Assembly: GCA_963796455.1 (NCBI GenBank)
Contig: CAWCLO010000001.1
Coordinates: forward strand, 1,088,001 to 1,152,000
DNA from: Candidatus Sulfomarinibacteraceae bacterium
GTDB taxonomy: Bacteria; Acidobacteriota; Thermoanaerobaculia; Thermoanaerobaculales; Sulfomarinibacteraceae
Direction of reading: 5' to 3'
DNA: 64,000 nt
Shown: positions 1 through 9,745 of the stretch, piece after piece
Layout: each line of letters starts with the position of its first letter
How positions within the stretch are numbered: position 1 is the first letter of the stretch
Program-made: the position numbers and the translations under genes
The notes under the pieces: model-generated
Database searches by the model: none
What the model saw: the letters and a program-made list of their open reading frames with translations, nothing else
Told to the model about the DNA's origin: nothing

Positions 1-1394
1 TCCGGTGTCGCGGGCAGATCGGTCGACCACTCGGAAACCGGATCGTTCCCCTCCATGATCTTCTCGGCTTCGCGATGATCGGGCAGCAGCGAATAGTCCT
101 TCGAGGACCGGATGAACTTCTCGATATCGTGACGATAGGCGCGGAAATAGATCTTCTTGAAGTTGCGGTGTTCGATCCGGATCGACCGCCTGCCTGCACC
201 ATCCGTCGCCATCATCGCCATCGAATAGGTGGGGGCCTCGATTACGGCCGCGTGGTGGGCACAGCGGCGCCCGCCGATGGATTCGGGGTGACGGTCGCGA
301 CCCTTGATCGCGATATCACGGGCACGCACCAGGGCGTCGCTCTCCGCTTCAGTCTGCACGAACTCGGCCAGGACAGCCTGACCCATGGACCACCACCCGA
401 GGCTGTTGTCGAAGGCCTGCTGCACCGATTCCAGATTCCGCCGGACCGCCAACTTGTCTTGGGTGCTGGGCAGAGCGGTGTGAAGCCGTCGCAGGCGCTC
501 GAGTCGCGCCTCCAAAGCGGATTCGGGGCGACTGGAGTCTTCGTGCCAGGCCTCGAGATCGTCGAGCAGGGCGCCGACCTTGATCAGAGGATGTACATCC
601 GAATCACCGAGATCGGCCTCGGCCGACCCGTTCGCCTGGCCTTCGATCAGCGCCTGTACCGGAAGCCTGAAGACTTCATTGGACTCGGCTGGGCTCCACA
701 ACGACGAGTCAGACAGGAGTTCCGCCCACAAATAGGTAACTGCGTCGCGGAGGGTTCCGCGAATGCGCGGCGGAAAGTTGTTCTGCGCGATATACCGGGA
801 GAGTTCTCCGAGGCTTTCACTCCCCCACTCGCCGCGCTTCGTCCAAAGCTCGAGAAACGCGCGATCGGATTCGGCCACGATCTGCTCGAGGTCCCACTTC
901 TTGAGGTCCAACTCATCCGTGGTTTCGACCCGTTCGCGCTGGCGGATTTCCCACGAGTAGACCCTTGCGTAGGTGGCCAGGGCCTTGGCGTAGTAGAGCT
1001 CCAAAACCGCCTGGGAGACCGCGTCCTCGGGCCAGGGCTGCTCTTTGAGATAGCGCACCGCAGTCTCGTAGCCGTGCAGGGCCATCCGCAGCTTGGTTTC
1101 TTCGACCAGGGCGCGAGTCCACGTCTCGGAGTCATCCGCCTTACGGGCACGTACCAGAATTCCATCCACCGCCTTCGAGGCGGCCTCGAACTTCTGCTCC
1201 GAGATCAGTTGATCAACATCTTTCCAGTTCAAGGGTTCTCCTGCAGCGATGGTAACTCCTTCGTCCGGATCGGCACCATCTGCGCCGGGATCACCGCTCA
1301 ACGCCTGCAGCGCCGCCGCCGACACCAGCACCACGAGAAGGGTGGTCAGGAGAACAATCGAACGCGAACTGGACGAAAATCGTGTTTTTCGCAT
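1..1394 (-). CDS. Large secreted protein, probably alpha-2-macroglobulin (MG2) family; N-terminal part only, runs off the window start
   Basis: Not in the ORF track because it has no stop inside the window. My minus-strand translation from ATG 1394 is open: MRKTRFSSSSRSIVLLTTLLVVLVSAAALQA (signal peptide)...ALHGYETAVRYLKEQPWP...EWSTDLPATP. TAAACT lies 6 nt upstream. Family call is by resemblance. Confidence 0.6.
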   Translation of the reverse strand, partial: MRKTRFSSSSRSIVLLTTLLVVLVSAAALQALSGDPGADGADPDEGVTIAAGEPLNWKDVDQLISEQKFEAASKAVDGILVRARKADDSETWTRALVEETKLRMALHGYETAVRYLKEQPWPEDAVSQAVLELYYAKALATYARVYSWEIRQRERVETTDELDLKKWDLEQIVAESDRAFLELWTKRGEWGSESLGELSRYIAQNNFPPRIRGTLRDAVTYLWAELLSDSSLWSPAESNEVFRLPVQALIEGQANGSAEADLGDSDVHPLIKVGALLDDLEAWHEDSSRPESALEARLERLRRLHTALPSTQDKLAVRRNLESVQQAFDNSLGWWSMGQAVLAEFVQTEAESDALVRARDIAIKGRDRHPESIGGRRCAHHAAVIEAPTYSMAMMATDGAGRRSIRIEHRNFKKIYFRAYRHDIEKFIRSSKDYSLLPDHREAEKIMEGNDPVSEWSTDLPATP

Positions 1395-1511
1395 GGCACC
1401 AGTTTAGACACGGCAGCCGCTCAGAAGTTCCATCTTCGCGCTCAAACCGATCCCGTTCCCGACGGCGAGCAGCGAAACCAGCCAGCGAAAGCAAGCAGCG
1501 GCGACAGATAT

Positions 1512-1566
1512 TAGCCCCCGGGTACGGCGTCAACCTCGCACGAAACAGCCCCGGCGGGGCGGCAGA
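1512..1566. repeat. Degenerate REP-like palindrome
   Basis: AGCCCCGGCGGGGCGGCA resembles the reverse complement of TGTCGCCCCTTCAGGGCT at ~32938. Confidence 0.35.
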
Positions 1567-1739
1567 CGGCGGTCGTCTGTAATGGCGAGGCCGTCCTCAG
1601 CGACCAGATCGCATTGAGTTCAAGGGTGGGCGGGTGGGACGTGCGTCCTGAGACCTGTATCTGGAGGGTGGAGAAAAGAACTGGGCGCGTGGCGCCGGGC
1701 GGACCTTCGGCCCGGTAGCGCCTCACCACCGAGGTGATG

Positions 1740-3053
1740 TCAGGGGATTTTGAGCGACCAACCGACGAAGTTTCCGTACTCGAACGTACTCGCCGTGATG
1801 TAGTCGTCGATGATCCGGCCGCGGATATCCTGATACGCGGGGGAGGTTCGTGTGTGTTCCCAGGCAATAAGCCAGTCCCTCGTGCCGGCAGCGACAGCTG
1901 GTTGTGAACAGGCTGCCAGCTGGCCGGCGATGGAAAGCCTCACCCCCCACTCCGCCCCTAACTGATTCGCTGTCGTCAGGACGCGCGCACCTATCCCGTA
2001 GTCTCCGTTGGTGGGGTTGCTGTACTGCCTTTCGAACGCGACGAGAAAGTCGCCCCTGGCGGGGTGGGCCGCAATATCGGGATGGGACTCGTTGGTGTGC
2101 CAGTTCGCGATCGTGACCACATCCTCCATCTGAACCGTCCCGGTCTCATCGACCCTCACCAAACGGGCGAAGACATCCTTGTGGTCCTGTGCCACTTGGC
2201 TGTGCCAGGCCACTGCCCAGCAATTGCCGTGTTGAGACGCGGCAACACTGGGGGCCGTTTCGGCGTCCGGCCATCCAGCGATCCCGAAGTCACCGCCGCC
2301 GAGGATCGCTCCGTTTCCGGCCAGGCGGACCCCAGAGATGTCGCCTCCACCCGCCTCCATTTTTTGATAGACGACGAGGTATTCATTTCTCGCCTGGTTA
2401 TAGGCGATGTCCGGAACGACTCGTTCCTCGGTCTGGTGGCTGGTGACACCGATGACGGTTCCCACGAGGTTGCTGGCCGCCGCCACCCGCTGCGCCGAAA
2501 TGGAACCGGCGTTGCCGCCGTACGCTTCATTCCACCACGTCACCATGAACTCCTGCACCGTGCCGCCGAAGGCGACTCGGGGACGCCACTGTTTGCTGGC
2601 CGCATTGTTGATGGTAAAGGCCGACAAACCAGCGATCGGTCCATTCCACGGCACGAACCTGCCGTGGATGTCGTAGTCTCCGCCGAACCCGTCAGAGTCG
2701 TGGGACCAGACCACCAGATACCGTTTGTTCACCGGGTCGTAGGCGACCGCAGGCTGCGCGTTGTCGCGTTGTGGACTGTCTTCGAACGCGATGACATATT
2801 CGCCGATCAGGGTCCCGTTATCGGTGTACCTTCTCCCCATGATCGAGCGCGCCTGCCATCCCGTGTTGTCGTGCCACACGACGAAGTATTCGTCACGATC
2901 GGTGTTGTAGGCCACGTCAGGCAGGTATTCGTTGAAATCCTGTGCCGTGATCGTGAATTCTTCACCCATGTCGGCCTCGACGGGGCTGCCGGCGACCACC
3001 AGCAAGACACACACCGCGAAAGCAGCCGAAGAGATTGTCAAATTTCCGCGCAT
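1740..3053 (-). CDS. Secreted beta-rich repeat protein with a C-terminal FESG-like tail
   Basis: GGAGG precedes ATG 3053; signal peptide; repeated PDVAYN...EYFVVW-type units; ends DYITASTFEYGNFVGWSLKIP. Confidence 0.75.
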   Translation of the reverse strand: MRGNLTISSAAFAVCVLLVVAGSPVEADMGEEFTITAQDFNEYLPDVAYNTDRDEYFVVWHDNTGWQARSIMGRRYTDNGTLIGEYVIAFEDSPQRDNAQPAVAYDPVNKRYLVVWSHDSDGFGGDYDIHGRFVPWNGPIAGLSAFTINNAASKQWRPRVAFGGTVQEFMVTWWNEAYGGNAGSISAQRVAAASNLVGTVIGVTSHQTEERVVPDIAYNQARNEYLVVYQKMEAGGGDISGVRLAGNGAILGGGDFGIAGWPDAETAPSVAASQHGNCWAVAWHSQVAQDHKDVFARLVRVDETGTVQMEDVVTIANWHTNESHPDIAAHPARGDFLVAFERQYSNPTNGDYGIGARVLTTANQLGAEWGVRLSIAGQLAACSQPAVAAGTRDWLIAWEHTRTSPAYQDIRGRIIDDYITASTFEYGNFVGWSLKIP

Positions 3054-3357
3054 GATAGCCTCCTGCCCGCCCACTCAATTAAAAATTTCATGACGCGTGG
3101 ATCATCAACTGAACAAAGACACCTCATCCGATTCGAGGCGGCTGCTATGGATTGACCGCAAAGCATCGTTTCCATGTCGTTTCGGTTTCCCTGTTTCGTT
3201 GATATCAATAAACCTGGTCGATCATTTCATGATCCACCTAACCATGTTAACCTATAGAGTTTTTCTCGAAATATTTATTGATATTGAGATCTTTTCTCGA
3301 AACTCAAACCGGGAAAATTCAGCCAAAAACCCAAATAGCCTCGCTCCATGATTCCGC

Positions 3358-3509
3358 CGCGCCATGACCTGGCGGCTTTTACACCCGAAGAAGTGAGCCG
3401 TTTTGGCTGTCGCTGATCGCTGACGCTGTTGACCGAACTCTGCCGCTGACTCCTGGTCGCTGCCGCTGTCCCTGAACGCTTTCCGAACGATTGTCTTGGA
3501 CCTGAGTGA
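3358..3509 (+). mobile_element. Four-helix-bundle element, 3' remnant (copy A)
   Basis: 3358-3396 encodes RAMTWRLLHPKK*, matching the C-terminus of the 15274 gene. It is followed by CGCTG hexamer arrays and the terminal TGTCTTGGACCTGAGTGA motif. Confidence 0.8.
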
Positions 3510-3511
3510 TC

Positions 3512-3560
3512 CAGCATCCAGCATCGAGCATGGAGCATCGAGCATCGAGCATCGAGCATC
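3512..3560. repeat. Heptamer tandem array (C/G)AGCATC x7
   Basis: Read directly; abuts the right end of the element. Confidence 0.95.
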
Positions 3561-3649
3561 AAGTGATTGTCTTCTGCGGTTAGCTATTCTCACAGAAAAA
3601 AACCGGGCGCATGCGCGCCCAGTGTCGGGGTCAATTCGGCAGCCGCTAC

Positions 3650-4753
3650 CTACTGATTTGCCGGCACCGCCCACTCCTTGATTTGGTTCTCGTCAAGAGA
3701 ATTATCGCGGCTCCAGCGGGCCGCTCCCGCGATCACCGGTTCGTCGGCGGAGGCCAGGACCTCCAATGCCTCGACAGCCCGAGAACTTTCTTCGGGGGTT
3801 CCGAGGTCCTTGGCCATATTGAGGCCGAGGATCGCCTCGAGGCGGAAGCGCCGGTCGGGAGCATTCCGGGCAGTGTCGATCACAGTATCGAGCCGGCCCG
3901 GCTGCATTTTGAAATCAATTTCGCCGTCGTCATCCAACCGCATGGACTGCATGAGATCGGTGGAGGTCAATCGCTGCTTTGTACCGAGGCGTTGAGCGGG
4001 AACCTCACCGAGAACCACAGACGCGAGCAGGGCCAGCTCGAGGTCGCCGTCAGCCAATGCCCTTTCATAAACCGCCCTTGTGCCGAGATGGATGCACGCA
4101 AGACCGACCAGATCGGAGATGATCACAGTGTCTTCCTGACGAAGCAGACGACCAAGGCGGATGGCGCGGCGGAAGTCCCCCATCGCAATCTCGGCATTGT
4201 CTGCAGCAACCCCTCGCGCGATCCAGGACCTCACGAGTTTGATAGCGAACAAGAGATTGGTGATGCGCGTGCTGTAGCCCTCGAGTTCGAAAACGTCGGG
4301 ATAAAAGGACATGGTTGCCTGATCCACCCATGGTTCAGCTTCGAGCAGCAACGGATCGTCCGGTGGGAGAACCGTGCCTAACCATTCGGGGCCCTCGATT
4401 CCTCTCTTCGCGGCATCAAGAGCTTCTTCCGAACGTGGACCGATCTCTTTGGCAAAAAGCCCGAACCACTCCGCCGCGTTGGCGGTGCCGGACCCGAGTG
4501 GCGCCAGAAGGTCGAGGTCGGTCTGGAAACGCAGCGGCCAGTCGTTGGCAGACGGGCAGCTCCAACACGGCACCTCGAGATCTACAATCACCAGCGCCTC
4601 GGGCTCCGCCACAAACGCAGATGGTGCAGTAATCGTCGGCGCAGGCCGTCCGCGCGAAATCAGGCGCGCCCCAAGCGAGCCCGCAAGCACGATGATCAGT
4701 GCGGTGGCCAGGATCACCGGGATCATCTTCGATTTTGTTATCGGTGTGGTCAT
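3650..4753 (-). CDS. Membrane-anchored hypothetical protein with a CxxC motif
   Basis: 367-aa ORF; N-terminal TM helix; VPCWSCP; 4-nt overlap with the upstream gene. Confidence 0.7.
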   Translation of the reverse strand: MTTPITKSKMIPVILATALIIVLAGSLGARLISRGRPAPTITAPSAFVAEPEALVIVDLEVPCWSCPSANDWPLRFQTDLDLLAPLGSGTANAAEWFGLFAKEIGPRSEEALDAAKRGIEGPEWLGTVLPPDDPLLLEAEPWVDQATMSFYPDVFELEGYSTRITNLLFAIKLVRSWIARGVAADNAEIAMGDFRRAIRLGRLLRQEDTVIISDLVGLACIHLGTRAVYERALADGDLELALLASVVLGEVPAQRLGTKQRLTSTDLMQSMRLDDDGEIDFKMQPGRLDTVIDTARNAPDRRFRLEAILGLNMAKDLGTPEESSRAVEALEVLASADEPVIAGAARWSRDNSLDENQIKEWAVPANQ

Positions 4754-5157
4754 AAGACTTCTCCTTGAACCTCGAGATCGGTCGGGTCTTCAAAACTCGC
4801 AAAGAGCCCGACGATCGGTTGCACGTTGTCGACTATCCGGATGGGGCGGAGGAACTCGACGGCGGGTTCAGCGATCTGGTTCTCAGCCTCTCTCGCCACA
4901 TCGGGTCTCGGGCCGAATCCTTCGCCCGCGAAGGACACCACGAAATGGCCTGCGAGGAGGAACGCCACACTTGCCGCCCACGCCAACCGGACGCCACGCT
5001 GCCCCCAGATCGTCCTCCACAGGTCCACGGGCTCTTCCGTTGTCACCGCGTCACGAGCCGCGCCGAGGACTCGTGAGCGCAGATCGGTCGGCGTCGGCGG
5101 CGGCTCGACGCCTTCGAAGAGGCGCTCCAACACTGGATCTCGTTCATTCGTCGTCAT
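4750..5157 (-). CDS. Probable single-TM anti-sigma factor
   Basis: Starts MTTNERDP, overlapping the end of the ECF sigma gene; PPPTPTDLRSRVL followed by one TM segment. Confidence 0.6.
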   Translation of the reverse strand: MTTNERDPVLERLFEGVEPPPTPTDLRSRVLGAARDAVTTEEPVDLWRTIWGQRGVRLAWAASVAFLLAGHFVVSFAGEGFGPRPDVAREAENQIAEPAVEFLRPIRIVDNVQPIVGLFASFEDPTDLEVQGEVL

Positions 5158-5782
5158 CGGATCTCTCCATGAGGTTTTTGAGCTTTTGAATGCCGCTACG
5201 GTAGCGGCTGGCGGCGGTGAATTTCGGCACGGAGAGTATCTCGCCGATCTCCTCATAAGTGCATCCGGCGAAATTCCTCAAATAGATGACCTCACGGTGC
5301 GCATCCGTGAGACCGGACAGAAGAACAGAAACCTGGGCCGCATCCACCATCCGCTGGCTGTCGCCTTCGGCAGCAGTCAAAAAAGGGTACTGTTCCACGG
5401 GCTCGGCAAAATGACGGCGGCGGCGACGGGACACGTCGATGGCCCTGCGGTGGGTCACGGTCATCAACCAGCCTTTTGGGTTCTTGATCTTTGCCAATCG
5501 CGGTCCCTGTTCCACGACCTTGACGAAGACATCCTGCACGACGTCGGCGGCATCTTCTTCCGAACCGGTGCGCCACAAGGCGAGGCCATAGAGCTTTTGT
5601 GCCGCTTTGTCGTAAAGCGTGTCAAGCGACGCAAGGCGACCGGCAGCGAGTTCCGCAAAGAGACCCCGCCAATCATCCCGTGGCGGGTGGACCGGGGATT
5701 TTACCTCGGTCAATCTGGTCGGCGGTAGGTCGGTCACGGCTTCCACAATAGTCGAGACGAACGAGCATCGCTTTTTTGTCAC
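5144..5782 (-). CDS. ECF RNA polymerase sigma factor (start uncertain)
   Basis: DAADVVQDVFVK and WLMTVTHRRAID (region 2); REVIYLRNFAGCTYEEIGEIL (region 4). Confidence 0.9.
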   Translation of the reverse strand: MTKKRCSFVSTIVEAVTDLPPTRLTEVKSPVHPPRDDWRGLFAELAAGRLASLDTLYDKAAQKLYGLALWRTGSEEDAADVVQDVFVKVVEQGPRLAKIKNPKGWLMTVTHRRAIDVSRRRRRHFAEPVEQYPFLTAAEGDSQRMVDAAQVSVLLSGLTDAHREVIYLRNFAGCTYEEIGEILSVPKFTAASRYRSGIQKLKNLMERSDDDE

Positions 5783-5813
5783 TCTCGACCCGACCGTTTG
5801 TTAGGATGAGCCC

Positions 5814-6452
5814 ATGTTCACGACCGTTTTCCTCGCCTCGATCATGATCGGTGCCGCCACCAGCCTGCTTTACGCGATTCGATTCGAGGATCGGGAATTG
5901 GAGATCATCTCGAAGACCGCAGCCTCGTTTGTCTTTGTCATCCTCGGTATCGTGCGATGGTCCGCCGGCGACATTGTTGGAGGTTGGCTCGTTGCGGGGC
6001 TGATTCTTTGCGCAGTAGGTGATTTCTGTCTGCTCTGGGACCGTTCATTCGATATCGGTTTGCTCTCTTTTCTTCTCGGTCACCTCGCCTACGGCGCCGG
6101 TTTCGGTGCCGCCCTGGCCGTTCGCCAGTGGCCGCTGATGGTTCTGATACCGCTCCTGGTTGCAGGTGGAGCTGCTTCGAGCTGGTTGTGGCCGCACCTC
6201 GGGAAACGGAGAACCCCCGTCACCGCCTATGTTGTCGCGATCACCTTCATGTTGTGGGGTGGACTCTCGACTTCGATCTCCGCCGCCCTACCGTGGACCG
6301 CGGCCGCTGGAGCATTCCTTTTCTACCTGTCGGATCTGGCGGTCGCCCGCCAGCGCTTCATCCACCAATCGTTTATCAACCGGGGCCTCGGTCTCCCGAG
6401 CTACTACCTCGGTCAATTCCTGATCGCGATGACAGTCGGCGCCGGCCGGTGA
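5814..6452 (+). CDS. YhhN/lysoplasmalogenase family membrane protein
   Basis: GDFCLL, SFLLGHLAY, GAFLFYLSD and YYLGQFLIA motifs. Confidence 0.85.
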   Translation: MFTTVFLASIMIGAATSLLYAIRFEDRELEIISKTAASFVFVILGIVRWSAGDIVGGWLVAGLILCAVGDFCLLWDRSFDIGLLSFLLGHLAYGAGFGAALAVRQWPLMVLIPLLVAGGAASSWLWPHLGKRRTPVTAYVVAITFMLWGGLSTSISAALPWTAAAGAFLFYLSDLAVARQRFIHQSFINRGLGLPSYYLGQFLIAMTVGAGR

Positions 6453-6486
6453 CCCACTTGTCGTCTCGTTCTGCAGGGGGAATCCC

Positions 6487-7785
6487 ATGACCCAGCGCGC
6501 CACCGCCTTTTTAATGATTGTCCTTGTAGCCACCGTCGGAGCAACCCAAAGCAATTGGAACACCCACACCACCGGAGGGGAATACGCCTTCGCAAGGGGC
6601 GACTTCGCAAGGGCAGAGCGGGAATTCCAGACTGCTCTCGAGATCGCCAACGGTTTTCCCGAGGGCGACAAACGGCTCGAGACCAGCCTCGAGAACCTCG
6701 GCAGGCTCTACGAACACGATTCGGACTTCGACAAGGCCCAACCCATGTACGAACTCCTTCTCGCGGCTCGCGAGCACCGGCTCGGACCGGACCACCCCGC
6801 GCTCATGGATGTCCTCTTTGCCGTAGCTCGCGTCAGCCAGCCAAGCGGCGATCTGCCGACGGTCACCGCCAGCCTCAACCGCTATGCCGAGATCGCCGAG
6901 TCCAGCGGCAAGGGCGATCCGCGGAAAAACTGGCAGGCTTTTCAGCTCCTTTCCCGCAACCTGCTGCTCCAGGACGACGAAGTGCAGGCGCTTCGATGGC
7001 AGCGATCTGCAGCCGAAGCCATAGCCGAAGACCTCCGCGCGACCGATGAGGAGCGCGCCAATGTCATCGAATCGGCCGCCAACCTCGAAATCACCGCCGG
7101 CGAAGGTGCCGCGGCCGAAATGCTCCTGGCAGAGGTCGCGCGCCTGAGAATCAGCGAGGGACTGCCCACCACGATCGCTGAGACCATGAATCGGGGCGCG
7201 GCGACCGCCTTCGGTGCCGGAAGATTCGAAACCGCAGAGGTGCTCGCCGAGCGCGCACTGAAGAGTGAACCCGAAGGACAGACCGAGCTCGGCGCTCTCA
7301 CGATGCTCGCCGACGTCTCGTGGGCACGGGTCAACCGCGGCACCGACGATCTCGAGATACTGCTTTCCGGAGCCCAGGACGACGAAGATCTGGTAACCGC
7401 TTCGGCGCGACTCACGAGTGTCATCGAGGCCAAGGAAGAACCCGACATCAAGTCGATGCGGCGGCTGGTTCAGGTCGAGGCCCTCCGGGGTAGACCCGAG
7501 GCGGCCCTTTCATGGCAACGACAAGTGATTGCCTCGGGGGCTTCAGGGGACGCCGCCATGGTGAGCGCACGGAAGGATCTCGTGACCCTGCTCGCGGCTG
7601 CCGGCAAGACCGACGAGGCCCTGACCGAAAACACCTCTGCGATGACCGCCGCCGAGGCACGTTATGGGGAGACATCCGCTCAGATTCTTCAGCTTCTCGA
7701 GCAGCGCGCCCGGATCGCGACGGCCGCCGGGAACAAAAAGGAAGCCAAGAAGGCAAACAAGCAGATCAAGAAGCTGAGTAGATAG
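6487..7785 (+). CDS. Secreted tetratricopeptide-repeat protein
   Basis: Signal peptide; TPR-like SLENLGRLY...LGPDHP. Confidence 0.75.
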   Translation: MTQRATAFLMIVLVATVGATQSNWNTHTTGGEYAFARGDFARAEREFQTALEIANGFPEGDKRLETSLENLGRLYEHDSDFDKAQPMYELLLAAREHRLGPDHPALMDVLFAVARVSQPSGDLPTVTASLNRYAEIAESSGKGDPRKNWQAFQLLSRNLLLQDDEVQALRWQRSAAEAIAEDLRATDEERANVIESAANLEITAGEGAAAEMLLAEVARLRISEGLPTTIAETMNRGAATAFGAGRFETAEVLAERALKSEPEGQTELGALTMLADVSWARVNRGTDDLEILLSGAQDDEDLVTASARLTSVIEAKEEPDIKSMRRLVQVEALRGRPEAALSWQRQVIASGASGDAAMVSARKDLVTLLAAAGKTDEALTENTSAMTAAEARYGETSAQILQLLEQRARIATAAGNKKEAKKANKQIKKLSR

Positions 7786-7903
7786 TTCGGAGTTCGGTGT
7801 TCGGAGTTTGGAGTTTGGAGTTTCCGCACAGTTCGGCCGGAGAATTGGCGGGTATATGGTCAAAGTTTATAATTCCGAATTCCGAATTCCGAATTCCGAA
7901 CTC
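7784..7903. repeat. Inverted pair of heptamer arrays (AGTTCGG)n ... (AATTCCG)4
   Basis: The array at 7784-7822 is approximately complementary to the array at 7871-7903. Confidence 0.85.
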
Positions 7904-7948
7904 ACCAATCGGCTTGCGGCATTGACACGTGTCGGCCATCATGTCCCC

Positions 7949-9514
7949 ATGAGTCATCGCCTGCCGCCGGGAAAGGTACCGTGGGACATCGTTGGTCCGT
8001 TGCTCTCCGACGCACTTCCGCCGGAGGTCAAGCTCGGACCGGCGATCGGTGAAGACGCCGCCCTGGTCGAGATCGGCGGAGAAATGTGGGCGGTAGCCTC
8101 GGACCCGGTTTCCTTCACGGCCGCCGATGCCGGCCGATTGGCCGTGATCATCAACGCCAACGATGTGGCCGTCCGGGGCGCCCGACCGCAGTTTTTCCTC
8201 GCGGTCGGTCTGATTGCTCCGCACGAAGCCTCGGAGGATCGTGTACTGGATCTTCTGGGACAGGTCCGCGATGGCTGCCGGGAGGTGGGCGCCACCCTCA
8301 TCGGAGGGCATACTGAGGTCACCCCCGGTCTTCCCCACAGCATGGTCATCGGTACCATGCTCGGCAGAGTCGTGGACCGGCCTCTCACAACAGGCGGGCT
8401 GCGTGCCGGTGATCTCGTGGCCATGACCCGGTACGCGGGGCTCGAGGGCACCGCCATTCTTCTCGCCGAACACGGTCCGCGGCTGCGTGAGCTCTACGGC
8501 GAAAAAACGATGACGCAAAGTTCCGAGTCCTTTTCGGGTAACTGGCTGTTGGTCGCTCCCGAGGCGCTGAAGGCGGCGGCCTGCAGCGGTGTCACCGCTC
8601 TCCATGATGTGACCGAAGGAGGCGTGGGTGAAGCGCTGCACGAGATGGCGCGGGCCTCCGGCCTGTTGATCGAGGCCCGGCGAGATGATGTTCCCGTTCT
8701 GCCAGTGACCCGGTTGCTCAGTTCCGACCTCGGGATCGATCCTCTCGGGTTGATCGGTTCGGGAGCCGTGCTCATCGGTTGTAACCCATCGGGAAAGGGC
8801 GAGGTCGAAGAGGTCTTTTCAGAGCTCGGTGTTCCGCTGGCCTGGCTGGGACGAGCCATCCCCGCAGATCAAAAACCGACCTCCACACTCCCCCGCTTCT
8901 CACGCGATGAACTGCTCAAGACCGCCGTCATGAATGGCCTTCGCGCGGTCGTTTTCGATATGGACGGCACCCTGGTGGACTCCCACTACGATTGGCCGGC
9001 GATCCGCACCCGACTCGGGGTCGACGGGGCCTCCATCATCGATGACCTCAATACCCTGCCGGAGCCCGAACGCAGCAGCCGTTGGGCCGAACTGAGGTTG
9101 ATCGAGGACCGGGCGACCGCCGAGGCGACAGTGCACGACGGCGCTCCCGAACTGCTCGAACTTCTGGCGCAACACGGAATCAAGACCGCCCTGGTCACCA
9201 ACAACACCGATACCAACACCGAGGCGCTCGTCAAAAGATTCCAGCTTCAGTTCGACGTTATCCTGACCCGGGATTCCGGTCTGTACAAACCCTCGGGGGC
9301 ACCGATCAGCGAAGCGGTGCGCCGGCTCGGCTGCGAGCCCGGAGAGTGCCTCGCGGTCGGCGACTCACACTTCGACATTCTCGCCGCTCGCGAAGCCGGT
9401 CTGGCAGGAATCTGCGCCCTCAATGAAGGAGCAACGTACCACGCCGAAAAGGCTGATCTGAGCTTCTCCGATATCCCAGCCTTCGTCCGGTATCTCCAGA
9501 TCGTGCTCACCTGA
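7949..9514 (+). CDS. AIR-synthase-related (PurM/HypE-like) protein fused to a HAD hydrolase
   Basis: N-terminal GEDAA, NANDVA, IGGHTE and LHDVTEGG; C-terminal FDMDGTLVDS, KPSG and VGDS. Confidence 0.85.
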   Translation: MSHRLPPGKVPWDIVGPLLSDALPPEVKLGPAIGEDAALVEIGGEMWAVASDPVSFTAADAGRLAVIINANDVAVRGARPQFFLAVGLIAPHEASEDRVLDLLGQVRDGCREVGATLIGGHTEVTPGLPHSMVIGTMLGRVVDRPLTTGGLRAGDLVAMTRYAGLEGTAILLAEHGPRLRELYGEKTMTQSSESFSGNWLLVAPEALKAAACSGVTALHDVTEGGVGEALHEMARASGLLIEARRDDVPVLPVTRLLSSDLGIDPLGLIGSGAVLIGCNPSGKGEVEEVFSELGVPLAWLGRAIPADQKPTSTLPRFSRDELLKTAVMNGLRAVVFDMDGTLVDSHYDWPAIRTRLGVDGASIIDDLNTLPEPERSSRWAELRLIEDRATAEATVHDGAPELLELLAQHGIKTALVTNNTDTNTEALVKRFQLQFDVILTRDSGLYKPSGAPISEAVRRLGCEPGECLAVGDSHFDILAAREAGLAGICALNEGATYHAEKADLSFSDIPAFVRYLQIVLT

Positions 9515-9545
9515 GCCAATCGCCAGACGGAGAAAACGGAGATTC

Positions 9546-9719
9546 GGAGAAACCGCAGATCACGCAGATGAACGCAGATAAACCACCACGTTCGCTATCG
9601 GAACCGATCGTGCGCCATTGTTTTTTTGAGTCAGCAAGCGAAAAATTGCAGGTGAAGCACTGCATCCCGACGTCGACGGAATTGCTCTCGTTTCTGCGTT
9701 TATCTGCGTGATCTGCGGT
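9546..9719. repeat. Inverted 9-mer element: CCGCAGATCACGCAGATGAACGCAGAT ... TCTGCGTTTATCTGCGTGATCTGCGG
   Basis: Arms at 9546-9579 and 9693-9719 are reverse complements; single arms recur at 10578-10611 and 51690-51722. Confidence 0.85.
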
Positions 9720-9745
9720 CTGCAGCTGGCGACGAGCGCGAGTAT

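Noticed and set aside
75..1514. 479-aa plus-strand ORF in the track
   Set aside because: Antisense shadow of the minus-strand gene starting at 1394, which has a signal peptide and a -10 box.
7808..7948. N-terminal ORF extensions through repeat regions (also at 10909, 49653 and 56768)
   Set aside because: The extensions translate intergenic repeats; downstream starts fit the domain boundaries and promoter or RBS signals better.
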